36,765 bases of DNA from Craspedostauros australis. Its lineage: Eukaryota. The stretch lies in contig JALAGF010003341.1 in NCBI GenBank assembly GCA_030167865.1, positions 1-36,765 on the forward strand, read 5' to 3'. The translations under genes and the position numbers were made by a program. The notes under the pieces were generated by a model. It made no database searches, was not told the origin of the DNA, and saw only the letters and a list, made by a program, of their open reading frames with translations. Of this stretch, positions 13,046-23,884 are shown in pieces; within the stretch, counting starts at the first letter, position 1; each line of letters begins with the position of its first letter.

Positions 13046-13606
13046 TCAATGATCCCAAGTCTCGCGTCCGTAGCCCAAGACGGCCATGGCATCGCGCTGC
13101 TTGTTCGTCAGCTCGTCCCATGACTTGTACAGATCTTCTGGCCACGTGTCTTCGTCCCACATGGCGGAAGTGAATCCACCGGCCGTGGCGGCCTTCTTCA
13201 CGATCTCTGGAAGATCCTCCCACGAGTAATCCTCGTACTGGCTCTCCCAGGCACCCTCGGACCATCCCATGGTCTCGGCGGCCGCCTTCTGCTCCTCGCT
13301 GAGATCCCACCAGTGGTAGTCGGAGACCTCGATCCAGGTCGAGTCGTTCCAGGATTCTTCTTCGTATCCCAGGACCTTGGCGGCCTTGCGGGCCTTGATG
13401 GACAGCTGCTTCCACTTCATGTTCTCGTACTTGGTCTGGACGCCGGTGAAGGCACTGACCTTGATGATATCATCGCGCTTGGCGGGGGCGGCGACTTCCT
13501 CTTCTTCCTGAATCTTGTCGTCCTTCTTCTTGCCGAACATCTTGAGCGCCGTGCTCATGGTCTCGCTCTGCGAGCAGCAAAGGCCGAGCATCTTATCGAG
13601 AATCAT
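13046..13606 (-). CDS. Small Trp-rich tandem-repeat protein (~186 aa)
   Basis: Very strong codon bias. Four repeats of W-x-[DEQ]-L-x5-[KAD]-A-[AM]-x2-[LMG]-G-[YWF]-x4-W, and an N-terminal GLCC motif. Confidence 0.8.
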   Translation of the reverse strand: MILDKMLGLCCSQSETMSTALKMFGKKKDDKIQEEEEVAAPAKRDDIIKVSAFTGVQTKYENMKWKQLSIKARKAAKVLGYEEESWNDSTWIEVSDYHWWDLSEEQKAAAETMGWSEGAWESQYEDYSWEDLPEIVKKAATAGGFTSAMWDEDTWPEDLYKSWDELTNKQRDAMAVLGYGRETWDH

Positions 13607-14312
13607 GGTTGCGGTTTGTTGGTTTACTAGTTGCCGTGGAGTAGTGGAGTAGTGGAGTAGTAGAGACGGAGTGGGTGAGCTTGGCAATTGTGATTGCGAT
13701 GGACTGCTGTCTTGATTGTGTGAGAGATGGAGGTGACATCTCTCCACAGCAACGACGACGACGACGTGGTATCTCACGACAAAGGCACAACACGTGACAA
13801 CCATGGACATCATTCAGCGAGAAAATCCCATCACTGCCCGCGACAACGAGTCCGCCAAACCCAACCACCGATTTCGCTCTCCAAATTCTTCCGCAGTCTT
13901 GGAGAAACTTGGGGAGTTGGGGTTGGCAACTCCAACCGTTGGACTCGTGTTGTGTATGTATCTTAACGCCAAATAACGTCATTGGCCCGCAGTGAAGGGC
14001 GTTGAACCGTTGAATCCATGTGTTCGATTCGACTAGATGGAGTCTTGCAGAGAAACTGCAGTCATCGTTGTTGAAATCAATAAAATGTCAACAGTCATCC
14101 ACAAGCTCAAAATGTGATGAAAACTGATTGTTCGCTTGCAAGGCATGGCGATCGTTGATGTGATGAAGATGATGTGATGAAGATGTTGTGAGGATGCTGC
14201 CGAAGTGCATGCCATCTGATGCTTCACACCATCCGATCTATGAGTACAGGCACTCGTACTCGCCCTCGTACTCGCACTCGCACCTCCATCATACCATCAG
14301 CACTGGAATGAC

Positions 14313-16199
14313 ATGCAACGCAGAATGAGTGAATCACGCACAAGGAAATCAGCAGCAAAGCAGCTGCAGCTGCAGCGGCGTCAGAGGGCGATCAGCAAGG
14401 CCAAAGGAGGCACCGCTTCCTCGACGTCCTGCCTGTCAAGAACGAGACGATGGATCCCCCGAGCTGTGCTCCTGCTCTTCAGTCTCTACTGCCTCGTCGT
14501 CGTCCCGTACTTCGTCCTGCGGCAGTCTGCCGACAATGCAGCGAAGGCCGCGGCCAATGATACGCATCAATCCGCAACTGCAACTGCGAATAAAGAGTCG
14601 GCAGCAGCCAGCAACGCAAAGTCCATGTTCCACAAGCGCATGCTGCCCAACAGACCTTCCATGTCTCAATCGGCAGCAGAGTTGCAACGGATATCCTCCA
14701 GATTGGACAACATGAATAACAAGGTCAACATGAATGCCAATAGCGATGGGAATAACGATGCCGATACCAATGTTGCCAACGTTCAGGATGCATCAACGAT
14801 CAACTCATGCGACTTTCGACGCTACCCGAGACGGCGGTACTACAAGCTCAACGAGCAACCGATGCCGGACTTCCTGGAGACTGCCGAATACATCTACGGA
14901 CAGCTGCCCACTTTGCTGGAACCAGAATCATCATCGATGGGAGCGTCCAAGTTGTGCGTCGATCAATCCGAGTGGCTAAATGCTGACAACGCCCACAACA
15001 AGGAACTGCCATTCGCAGACGGTACCAACCCGTCTCTGCTCTCGCTGCAAAACCCAATCACGAGAAGCAAGATCGACCCGGCGGTGTTGCAGATGTTCCC
15101 GCCCAACGTCAAGTTCCTGGCCACCATCTGCATGACCAACTCGCAATGCGCATGGCGGGACACGCCACAAGAACAGGCCGAGTACCATTCGTCCACGCTG
15201 GCGGAACCCACCACCGTGCGCACCGTCCTGCTCTTCCTCGATGCATCCTTCCGCACCATCCAAGAGACGACGATTCGCACGCAGATGGATGCCCCATTCG
15301 GCCGCAAGCACAAGCGCGCCATCCCCGATGCCACGACGCAATACGCCCTGAGATCGTTCGCCCTCGATGATGCCCGCCTGTTCACAAACCGCGGAGATAT
15401 CTGGGTATCGTACCGCGAAGGCAAGGCGTTCGGCTACGACAAGCAGGTCCTCAACAAGCTGCATTTCGACAAGGATCTGCGCGTCGTGGCCAAGGCGTCC
15501 GAGACGTCCACCTTTTGCTGCGGGCGCAACATGGCCTTGATCGACAACGTCCATACCAACGAACTGCAGAGCCTCAAGTGGGTCGATCCCGTCGTAGTGG
15601 AAGCCGTGGATGATGCGCAAGGCCCACGTCCGGCGGCGGCACGTACAAACAGAAGGCGATTATCGCTGCAAGGCACCGGCAGCACTATTCGTCCTGCATC
15701 GAGAAATCCCAACTACAATCCCATTCCGAGCGGTCACAGACGACTGCGCGAACTCCACGCCCAACCAACCAAAAAGAGCGACTTCCATGGCACCAACGGG
15801 ATGATGGTCTACCTGCCCCAAACCGACGAGTACTTGGGCATGGGGCATTTCCACAGACCGCCGGGTCGCAAGGAGAACGAATTCGCACGGTTTGGTCATC
15901 ACTACACGCACGCCTTCTTCACCATACCAGCGCAACCGCCTTTCCGATTGCAACGGTTGAGTACCGAATTCGTTCTACCCAGCCATGCGTACGCCGACGA
16001 CGCCGAGATCATCCAGTTCATGAGCGGTTTGGAACTCGTGGAGGACAAGCACGTCGTGATCGCGTACGGCATCAACGACTGCGAAGGCGCGGCCGTCATT
16101 GTGTCGATGGATCGCGTCGATGGTATGCTGCGAGACGTGGAGGAAGGCAAAGAGGTTGTCGATTTGATGCAGCCGTTGCAAACGCAGCGGCGGTTATGA
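14313..16199 (+). CDS. Type II membrane protein with a C-terminal domain resembling 5-bladed beta-propeller glycosidases/glycosyltransferases (GH43/GH130/BMT-like fold)
   Basis: Basic N-tail, a single TM (AVLLLFSLYCLVVVPYFVL) and a stem. The catalytic-like region has DDARLF, RNMAL, HYTHAFF...PPFRL..LSTEF and IQFMSGL...VVIAYGINDC. Confidence 0.7.
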   Translation: MQRRMSESRTRKSAAKQLQLQRRQRAISKAKGGTASSTSCLSRTRRWIPRAVLLLFSLYCLVVVPYFVLRQSADNAAKAAANDTHQSATATANKESAAASNAKSMFHKRMLPNRPSMSQSAAELQRISSRLDNMNNKVNMNANSDGNNDADTNVANVQDASTINSCDFRRYPRRRYYKLNEQPMPDFLETAEYIYGQLPTLLEPESSSMGASKLCVDQSEWLNADNAHNKELPFADGTNPSLLSLQNPITRSKIDPAVLQMFPPNVKFLATICMTNSQCAWRDTPQEQAEYHSSTLAEPTTVRTVLLFLDASFRTIQETTIRTQMDAPFGRKHKRAIPDATTQYALRSFALDDARLFTNRGDIWVSYREGKAFGYDKQVLNKLHFDKDLRVVAKASETSTFCCGRNMALIDNVHTNELQSLKWVDPVVVEAVDDAQGPRPAAARTNRRRLSLQGTGSTIRPASRNPNYNPIPSGHRRLRELHAQPTKKSDFHGTNGMMVYLPQTDEYLGMGHFHRPPGRKENEFARFGHHYTHAFFTIPAQPPFRLQRLSTEFVLPSHAYADDAEIIQFMSGLELVEDKHVVIAYGINDCEGAAVIVSMDRVDGMLRDVEEGKEVVDLMQPLQTQRRL

Positions 16200-16340
16200 G
16201 CAATGTGTAGTACTACTATAGAGGATGAATCTTGTACCATAATGCTAGCGCAGCAGTACGCAGGAGGAGCAAAGTTGAGGACTGCAAATACGCTCTACTT
16301 TCTGCAGAGATTGTGGAGGGGACACACCGTACGCAGGATT

Positions 16341-18428
16341 TCATCCGCCTTCGGTGATACGTTGTTTGCGATCCTGCCGCTCCATCAACTCTGCAACGCG
16401 TTTGGCCTTTTGGTCATGCCTTAGGTCCTTGCGATGCTCCTGTCTCCATTGACGGAATGCGGCGCTGTGATTTACGCGCCGTTCCTTGCGCCGTTCGTCG
16501 TCATCTTCGAATATGGATGCCGCGACTGCAGCATCGGCGTCATTGCGTTGCAAGTCCTTTGCGGTGGTCTTGGTGCGATGGTTGATGTTGTGCTGTCCCC
16601 AGCAATCGGCGTAGTACCGTATCGCATGCTTATTGTTGTTGGTGGTGTTGGAGGTCCTGTTGTTGCTGCTCCTGTTTGCGAGCATTGGCATTGGTTTCTG
16701 TGGCTTGGTTGCGAGTTCAGAACCGAACAGGAACTTGGTGAGAAGCTGACCTGTGCTGTTGTTGATGTCAACCTCCAAGAACGACAGCGTGGGATGATCC
16801 TGGACGAAACGTCGCACCTTGAGCGTGTGGCGGAATGCAAATTCACTGAGGAATGCACCGGTATTGTTGATGGCAATGTTGGAGGGGAAGTTGCCTAACC
16901 TGCGCTGGTACAGGCACTCATTGACGAATTGGAGCTGGAGATTTGGCGAATGGCGCTGCACGGACTTGGACCAGGCATCGTAATCGGATGGTGATTCTTC
17001 AGTGGGTTCTCTATTCTGCTTCGTTGCTGTTTGTTGTTCCTGTCGTTGTCGTTGTTGCTGCACCTGCGTATCAAGATCCCCATTCTCATTCTCGTCCATC
17101 TTTGCGGATGTGGCCCGTCCCCGCCGCACATTCAGGATCCACGTCGCCTCTGGGTAGGCATCGTACAGTTCTTGCAGATGGAAATGCTGCGGGATGAAGA
17201 GCTTGGATTCTCGAATGTTGGACTGGTCCGGAAGCTTGTTGAATATGCGTCGCGGACCGTTGATCTCCGTGAAGACATCGTAATCACCGCATCCCTGGAA
17301 GATCGAATCCTTGCGCTCTTTCGACGACGGTGACGACGAAGATGACGCTCTCCTGTGCATCGTTCCAACAACCACCTCGCCTTGACGAAAGCTCACAAAT
17401 TCACGCGAAGTATCGTTGGCGTAGACCTTGCGATAGTGGTTGTACGCCAGACAATCGCTCATCAAGCCAGGCCCGCCGATCTGCGCCTCGTACTGAAAGT
17501 CGCAGCAGTACCAATGCTGACTCGCGAGCCCGACACGGTCAAAGTACACGAAGAGTGACGAAGTGCCGGCCTTGGGCAGGCCCACGACGATGATCGGTAA
17601 TGGCACCTGCAGTTGCAACCGCCGGTGGACGAAGTTGGATCGGTTGAAATCACGATGGACAGGACGCGAGTGCTGGAACATGGTGTGCGGCACGACCGCC
17701 TCGTCATAGGCGTCCGCAGTTGGATTCAGATGCAACGCGTCTCTGACCAAGGTGCGCATCCAGCGCATGCCGGTGGGTACGCGGATGTGATGATCCCGCC
17801 ACGTTGGTTCGAGTTGCATATAGATGATGATTGTGAATCCAGAAAATCCCACCGTGATGAGGAGTAGGGAAGTGAGGATAGATGTCCGGAATGATCTCTT
17901 CTTCGGTGCCTTGGATCGACCGCCGCCATGTCTTTGCTTTCTCGTTCGTCGTCGTTGCGTGCCTCTCGGTGGGGGCATCTGCCGCTGTCTGTTTGTCCTC
18001 GTACATGCGTGTTCATATTGCGGATGTGCATGTGCATGTGTATGTGTATGTGTACGTGGACGGGTCTGCGAATTCACCTGCATCTGTGACCGTTGATCAT
18101 TGATTCGAGCTTGGGTGCGATCCTTCGAATGAGGCTTGGAAGCCGTCGTGACTGTTGCTGCGACAGATGTTGCGGCAGCTCCCATGTGAGCTCTTTGCCG
18201 AAGTCTAGCATTTGGCTGCTCCTGCCTCGCTGCTTTATCTACCACCTGCAGAGGAACAATGCTGCTTGCATTGGCTTGCCCAATTTCTTGTGCACCATGT
18301 GTGCCTGGCAACGATGTTAACTCCCGTGAACTCGGACGTGCACTTGTGGATGCAGAGGTGGATGGAGGTGTGGAGCGATCTGGACCATCCCGTACGATCA
18401 TTCTTCCCATGTCATTGGTAGATGGCAT
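16341..18428 (-). CDS. Type II membrane sulfotransferase-family protein (P-loop fold, Sulfotransfer_4-like)
   Basis: 5'-PSB-like IIVVGLPKAGTSSL and 3'-PB-like LYDAYPEATWILNVR...W..SV, with a single TM (ILTSLLLITVGFSGFTIIIYM). The start codon is uncertain. Confidence 0.75.
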   Translation of the reverse strand: MPSTNDMGRMIVRDGPDRSTPPSTSASTSARPSSRELTSLPGTHGAQEIGQANASSIVPLQVVDKAARQEQPNARLRQRAHMGAAATSVAATVTTASKPHSKDRTQARINDQRSQMQVNSQTRPRTHTHTHAHAHPQYEHACTRTNRQRQMPPPRGTQRRRTRKQRHGGGRSKAPKKRSFRTSILTSLLLITVGFSGFTIIIYMQLEPTWRDHHIRVPTGMRWMRTLVRDALHLNPTADAYDEAVVPHTMFQHSRPVHRDFNRSNFVHRRLQLQVPLPIIVVGLPKAGTSSLFVYFDRVGLASQHWYCCDFQYEAQIGGPGLMSDCLAYNHYRKVYANDTSREFVSFRQGEVVVGTMHRRASSSSSPSSKERKDSIFQGCGDYDVFTEINGPRRIFNKLPDQSNIRESKLFIPQHFHLQELYDAYPEATWILNVRRGRATSAKMDENENGDLDTQVQQQRQRQEQQTATKQNREPTEESPSDYDAWSKSVQRHSPNLQLQFVNECLYQRRLGNFPSNIAINNTGAFLSEFAFRHTLKVRRFVQDHPTLSFLEVDINNSTGQLLTKFLFGSELATKPQKPMPMLANRSSNNRTSNTTNNNKHAIRYYADCWGQHNINHRTKTTAKDLQRNDADAAVAASIFEDDDERRKERRVNHSAAFRQWRQEHRKDLRHDQKAKRVAELMERQDRKQRITEGG

Positions 18429-19450
18429 CGCCTGATGAAAAATCAGCAGGAGAGGACAGTGTGCCACAACAGCACAGCACAAGTACGGGAAGCACTGTGA
18501 TCCTCTCACTCAGCACTCCACACTCCTACCACTGTTCCTTTCACGCATCACGTTGTGCACCAACGCGTATGGATTCATAGGGCAGTGTGGTAATATATTG
18601 GTAAAGTAGTAATGTAATATAATATAATACGATGTTCGTCGCCTCTGAAACCACCATGATCGTTGCTATTCGGCTGGCGAAGATCGCGTCGGCGTGTTGT
18701 TGTTCGTCTTTTCCACGATTTTTGTTCTTCTTCGTCATTCTCTTGTTTCCAGACACCATGTACGATCCATCCGACTTCAAATATCATCGAGTCACGAATA
18801 TATCGTGATCCAGAAACTGGAATGATCTTGTTCGCAACATCCACATTAATCATGAAGTGGCAGACGACAACAGAGTATTGTAGAGTCTATGGTATGCAGT
18901 GAGTACTCGTAACGATTGCTTTTCTCTCTCTCTGGAATATTGTGTCCGTAATAATAGTATTGTGAAATAGCCAATTTGTAGCTGTTGCTATTGCTGTTCG
19001 TCTTCTAATCCCAAAATGACGATGGATCGCTGGCGAGGATGACAAGACCACTCACTCTTGGTCTGTGGGCGCAGGATGGATGCATCTCTTGCGTCCCTGC
19101 CTCGCCTTGCGATAAAAACTGCGCACTTGCGTCGTGCCATGTGTTGTCGTTCCGTGGGCGGAATAAAATCCATGGATAATGAAATGTCTGCGCGTGCCTT
19201 GTGAACAACACCGAGAGTCTTCGTGAAGATCTCCGCTGTCGCTTTTGCTCCTGTTCTTCCGTGCTATTCTTGACTGTCTGGTTGCGCCGCGTAGGGCTCA
19301 CAATGATTGTTGTCACTTGCCGCACAACTGATCAATCAATCTGTGGTCCGCCCTCGAGCTGCGCTTACGCTGTGCTGCCACCGTTGTAAAGGTGTCGATG
19401 ATGATAACGATGCGTTGCGGTTGCGTTGTCGTCAATATTGAACCATCGCG

Positions 19451-22005
19451 CTACACCGAGGACCCTGCTACCGTGCCTGGACTCTGCTCCTGCATGTAAG
19501 CACCTCCCTTGTTTGACTTGTGCGACCGGCTGCCGGAATGATCGTCCGTGTGTTGCGTGACGCTGCCGGGCTGGCCCAGGTAGCTCTCGGCCGATCGCTT
19601 CAGTTCGTCGATGTCGGACGGAGACAGCGCTTCGCCTGCCAGCTGTCCCGTTTCCAGCGCCTCACGCACGATGTTCTTGTAGAAGAGGGCCTGCCGCGCC
19701 GTCATCTCGCCGCTGTGGATGCCGCCGTGGAATGACTTGTCCAGTCCGATGACTTCGTCCTTTGCCAAGGAGCGGAAGAGGCCCTGCTTGGAGAGGATCC
19801 AGAAGAAGGGGTACATGAGCGCCACGGTCCATGCCATGATGAAGACACAGCCGACGAGTTGGGCGCCGAGGAGGTTGCCATCGATTTCTTGGCGTTCAAA
19901 GATGGAGTAGAACAAGCCGGGGTGCTTGTCGTTTCCGTAGGCCATCTGCAGTTTGCGTGGCGTGGCGAACAGTCCGACAGCGATCATCCCCCAGATCCCG
20001 TTGAACATGTGCACGGGGATGGCGTTGACAGCGTCATCCAACCGCAGCTGGATGAGGAGCCACGAACCGAAGAGGTAGAAGATGCCCGCGAGGATGCCGA
20101 TGACGACGGATGCCCATGGATCGACGACTCCGCAGCCGGCTGTGATGGCGACCAGCCCGCTGAGAGCGCCGTTCATGACAGGGGCGATGTCGTAGAAGGA
20201 TTCGCCATTGATGATGCTCTGCGCGAGCATGTTGACACCGAGCGCTGACATGCCGGCAGATCCAGCGGCCAGAGTGGTCGTGACAGCAGCGTTTGCCGCA
20301 ATGAGATGAACCTCGTCGCCTTCGAAAAGCAGAGCGGAACCGGCATTGAAGCCGTACCATGCGAACCAAAGGATCATGGTTCCGATCATCTGTTCGTGCA
20401 TTCATAGTCGTACATTCGTGCATTTGTTCATTCGGATTGGTGGAGCCATGGTGGTGTTGATGTTCGCGACGGTGACGATGGCGATGGTGGTGTTCATGTG
20501 AAGAGGTGAGAGTTGCATGCGAAGACGGAAGGGTGCATTCGCGTGTGTGGAAGAATGCACGTTGATGTTCGTGGGATGCACAACACCAAAGCAGGATCAG
20601 GGGAGAAGCGTGAGAAACAGAAAGAGAAAGAGAAAGGACGGGTGTGAGTGCACCTGCGGAGTTTGAATGCAGATTCAGCGCTGCGAGTTTTGCAGGAAGC
20701 GGGCGCCCCGTTGTGAGATGCAAACGGCTTTCTGGTGTGGTGTCTTGATTTTTCGTTGTGAGGTTCGCCTTGTCCTGTTGACAATTTTCCCGTGCACCAA
20801 GAATGGGGAAAAAGTCGCTTTGCTGGCACCAAGAGGATACTTGATGATGAAGTCAGCTCAAGCGAGATTGCGAAACTCCCTTGGACAGTATCGATGACAC
20901 GAGCGCTTTGTCCGCATGCCATGTCAGCGCCTGTCTGCAGATTCTTGGGATCGTTGCGCCGCCCAAACGATCTTTGCGATGCGCTCCCCAGCTTGCTTTC
21001 TCTCTCTTTCTGTGCCACGTCTGGTGGGTTGACTTGGTACTGGTCGTGGTCGCACTTGTATCTGTGTTTGCATCTGTGTTTGATACATACTGCTTGATTG
21101 CAAGATCGTTGAGATTGCGTCGTCACAGCGGTGCCAAGATCGTGGATGGAGATGTTGCGCTCTTGCCGCCTCCTCCATCATCATGCCTCGCCACTCTGTC
21201 TGACGCTACTGCGCTGACTGCTTCGGAATGAACTTACCTGCAAGCTGATGCTGTGACCACGGATCTCCACGGGAACCTCGAGGGGCTCTCCCGTGACTTC
21301 GTCGTGGAATCGACCGCGCCTGGCACCCAGGATATGGGTTGCCACCAAGGCCGTGACGCCGCCCGTCAAGTGCACCACGCCGCTGCCTGCAAAGTCAATG
21401 ACGCCGATATCAAGGAAGGCGCCACCGGGTCTCGCGGGGCTGAGGAAACCTTCGGCACTCCAGATGGAATGCACGACGATGGGGTAGACCCATCCCGACA
21501 CGAAGATGGAGTAGAAGAGGTAGGCCTTCATCTTGCATCGCTCCGCCAAGGTTCCGGCCACGATGGTGACGGCGGCCGCCGAGAAGGCGTACTGGAAGAC
21601 CCAGAACGCGAGATCGTCGACGTCGACGAGGAAGAAGTTCTTCGTGCCCATGAATTGGTTGGGATTGTCGCCATCCCCAAAGGCGAAGGCATATCCCACG
21701 CTCCAGAAGCTCATGGCGGAGCCGCAGGCATCGAGCAGATTCTTGAGCATGGTGTTCTGAAGGTTCTTTCGTCGCACGGCTCCCGCGCAGACCATGGCGA
21801 AGCCTGCCTGCATGAAGAAGACGAGGGCGGCGGCGAGGACGAGGAAGATGTCTCGTGAGTAGGAGGCCTGCACTGTGATGCTGGATTGGTTGCTCTGGAC
21901 CAGCTCCTCCAGCTGCGCCATTCGATTCGTCACGCAGACCAGCAGGGCGTCGGTGGTGCCATCCGAGGAGGCGATGCATGCGCTGTACTCTTCAGTGGAG
22001 CTCAT
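19451..22005 (-). CDS. AMT: Ammonium transporter (AMT1-type), 2 exons (22005-21238, 20389-19451), ~568 aa
   Basis: Motifs FFMQAGFAM, FQYAF, GTLAER, DFAGSGVVH, LWFAWYGFN, NGALSGLVAITAGC and DDAVNAIPVH; both conserved His residues are present. The phase-0 intron 21237-20390 (CAG|gtaagt...aacag|ATG) joins HSISLQ-MIGTMILW. Confidence 0.95.
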
Positions 22006-23884
22006 GCTGATTGTTACGTATTATAGTGTAGTATTGCGTTGTGTTGTTGCTTGTGTTTGCGATAGTGGTGGTACTGGTGATACCTGATGCCTTCAATTGT
22101 GAGACACACGGTGTAGATGATGATGTAGATGATATTGTTGGTGTTGTCGGATGTCCGTGTTCATTCAGGGTTTCTCAGATTTATGATCTCCTGTCTCGCT
22201 TGATGCGCAACGAATGGGGAATGTTGGAAACGACTCCTCTCGTTGTGCTCGTTGTTTCGTGTGCGGAGTTACACCCACCAAGGAGAGAGAGAGAGAGATC
22301 TGTTTGGGCCGAGAGGGGTCAAATGATTGTTGTTGAGACACAGACACACCGGTTGTTGTCGTCGATGTCAACTTTGGTTGGTTGTATCCGCACGAACTCT
22401 CTGAGTAGGATTTGGATCGCCATTGGACGAATGCAAGAGTGGATAGCACGTCTGCGCCAGTGTTTTCGCTCTGTGTCAGTGTGTCGTGTTTGTGTTGTTG
22501 AAGCGCTTTGCGCAGCTCTTGTGCTGAATGCTGTGTCCGCTGGAACAATCAGTGGGCATGAGCGCAGAGCCAATCGCCTCCAACAGCACTGTTCAGTCGA
22601 ACAAAGTCTGGCGGCAATTTCTCATCCGTCCATGATTTCTCGGTTCTTCAGGCAGTTCAACCTTCGCGACAGAGAGGTGGCGGCAGTTGCGTCCTCCTCT
22701 TCCACGGCACCATGAAGCCACAAGGACAGAGCGGAGAAATCTTGCTCACAACCGACGTTGAAATCCAACTCGTTGCCATGTCCATGCGGATTCTCTCTCC
22801 ATCGCACTTCGTACGTTGTGCTCCCACAGTCAACGACATCGGCATCCATTCGCAGAGCCTCTCTTGCTGGTCGCGGAAGCAGCAGCAATTCCAGCAACGG
22901 ATACCTCACAAGAACACAGCCACACACACACACACGGCATCATGGACTTCGTTTCGCGTCCAACAACTTCTTTCTTCCCGCTTTGTCCGACACAACTCTC
23001 GTGGAAGGAATACTCTTATCCTTCAAGGTGACACATTAGGTCACAACAGAAGACGGTGGAGTTGAGGGAAAACTCTCAATTCGCAACAAAGGCGTTGACA
23101 TTTGAAGCACTGGATAAATGTCCCAATGACCTCTCCCAAAGTGCGATAGTTCGTGAATCAACACGGTAAACCAAAAACATGTTGGTGGTGGTGCATTTCT
23201 TGTGTGCGTAGAAGCGAGAGACAAAATGATGAAGTATCACGGCGTTGTGTGGCGCAGACATGGAGCATCGACAATTAACCTTCCACATCGTGGTTGAACG
23301 TTCCATCAAGACCAACGGTATATCCATCCACTCCCAAACCGTGTGGTAGCGTGTTGCTGACTATTTCGCGAAAGGCCAGTCGTCACGATTCGTGATTGCG
23401 AAGCGAATGCAAAAGCTGTCTGTGTCGTGTATGTGTCGTCATTGATATTGGGCAGAATACACCATAACTGTCAGACAAGAGTACAAGAGAGAAGGAATCA
23501 ACTGACACGAACCGACACGAAATCCGAACACCAAGCTGAAAGATACCTCCACCACTTGACACCACGCGACCACATGGCGCGGCCATGGAGACTGGTCCAT
23601 GATCCATGATCCAAGATGCGGGGCGTCATGATGAGCAGGGACAGCGAAGAGTCAGCGAACATCATAGTAGTATCATAGATCGAACTCCACTCCGCAGGAA
23701 GAGCAGCACATCTCCATCTCTACGGCGACTGCCAATGGTATGCATGCGTACATGAATGAATGCATGCACACTCAAGAGAGAGATCGAAGCTGCCGAACCA
23801 AATTGAGTACCAATGATCAAGCAGAGCGGATCCATCCGAATGCAAACAGATCCCAACTTTCACCCCTTCCCTTCGTTGTGGACG

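Noticed and set aside
18020-18060. (TGTGCA/TGTGTA)n and other microsatellites across the window
   Set aside because: Common simple repeats (here encoding HT/HA runs) with no evidence of special function.
20494-21126. ORFs or a C/D snoRNA inside the AMT intron
   Set aside because: The ORFs are low-complexity with no motifs. Candidate C and D boxes on the transcribed strand are too far apart and lack a terminal stem.
22041-23812. ORFs between AMT and the 7-TM gene
   Set aside because: Non-ATG starts, microsatellite-derived content and no coding bias; likely promoter/UTR sequence.
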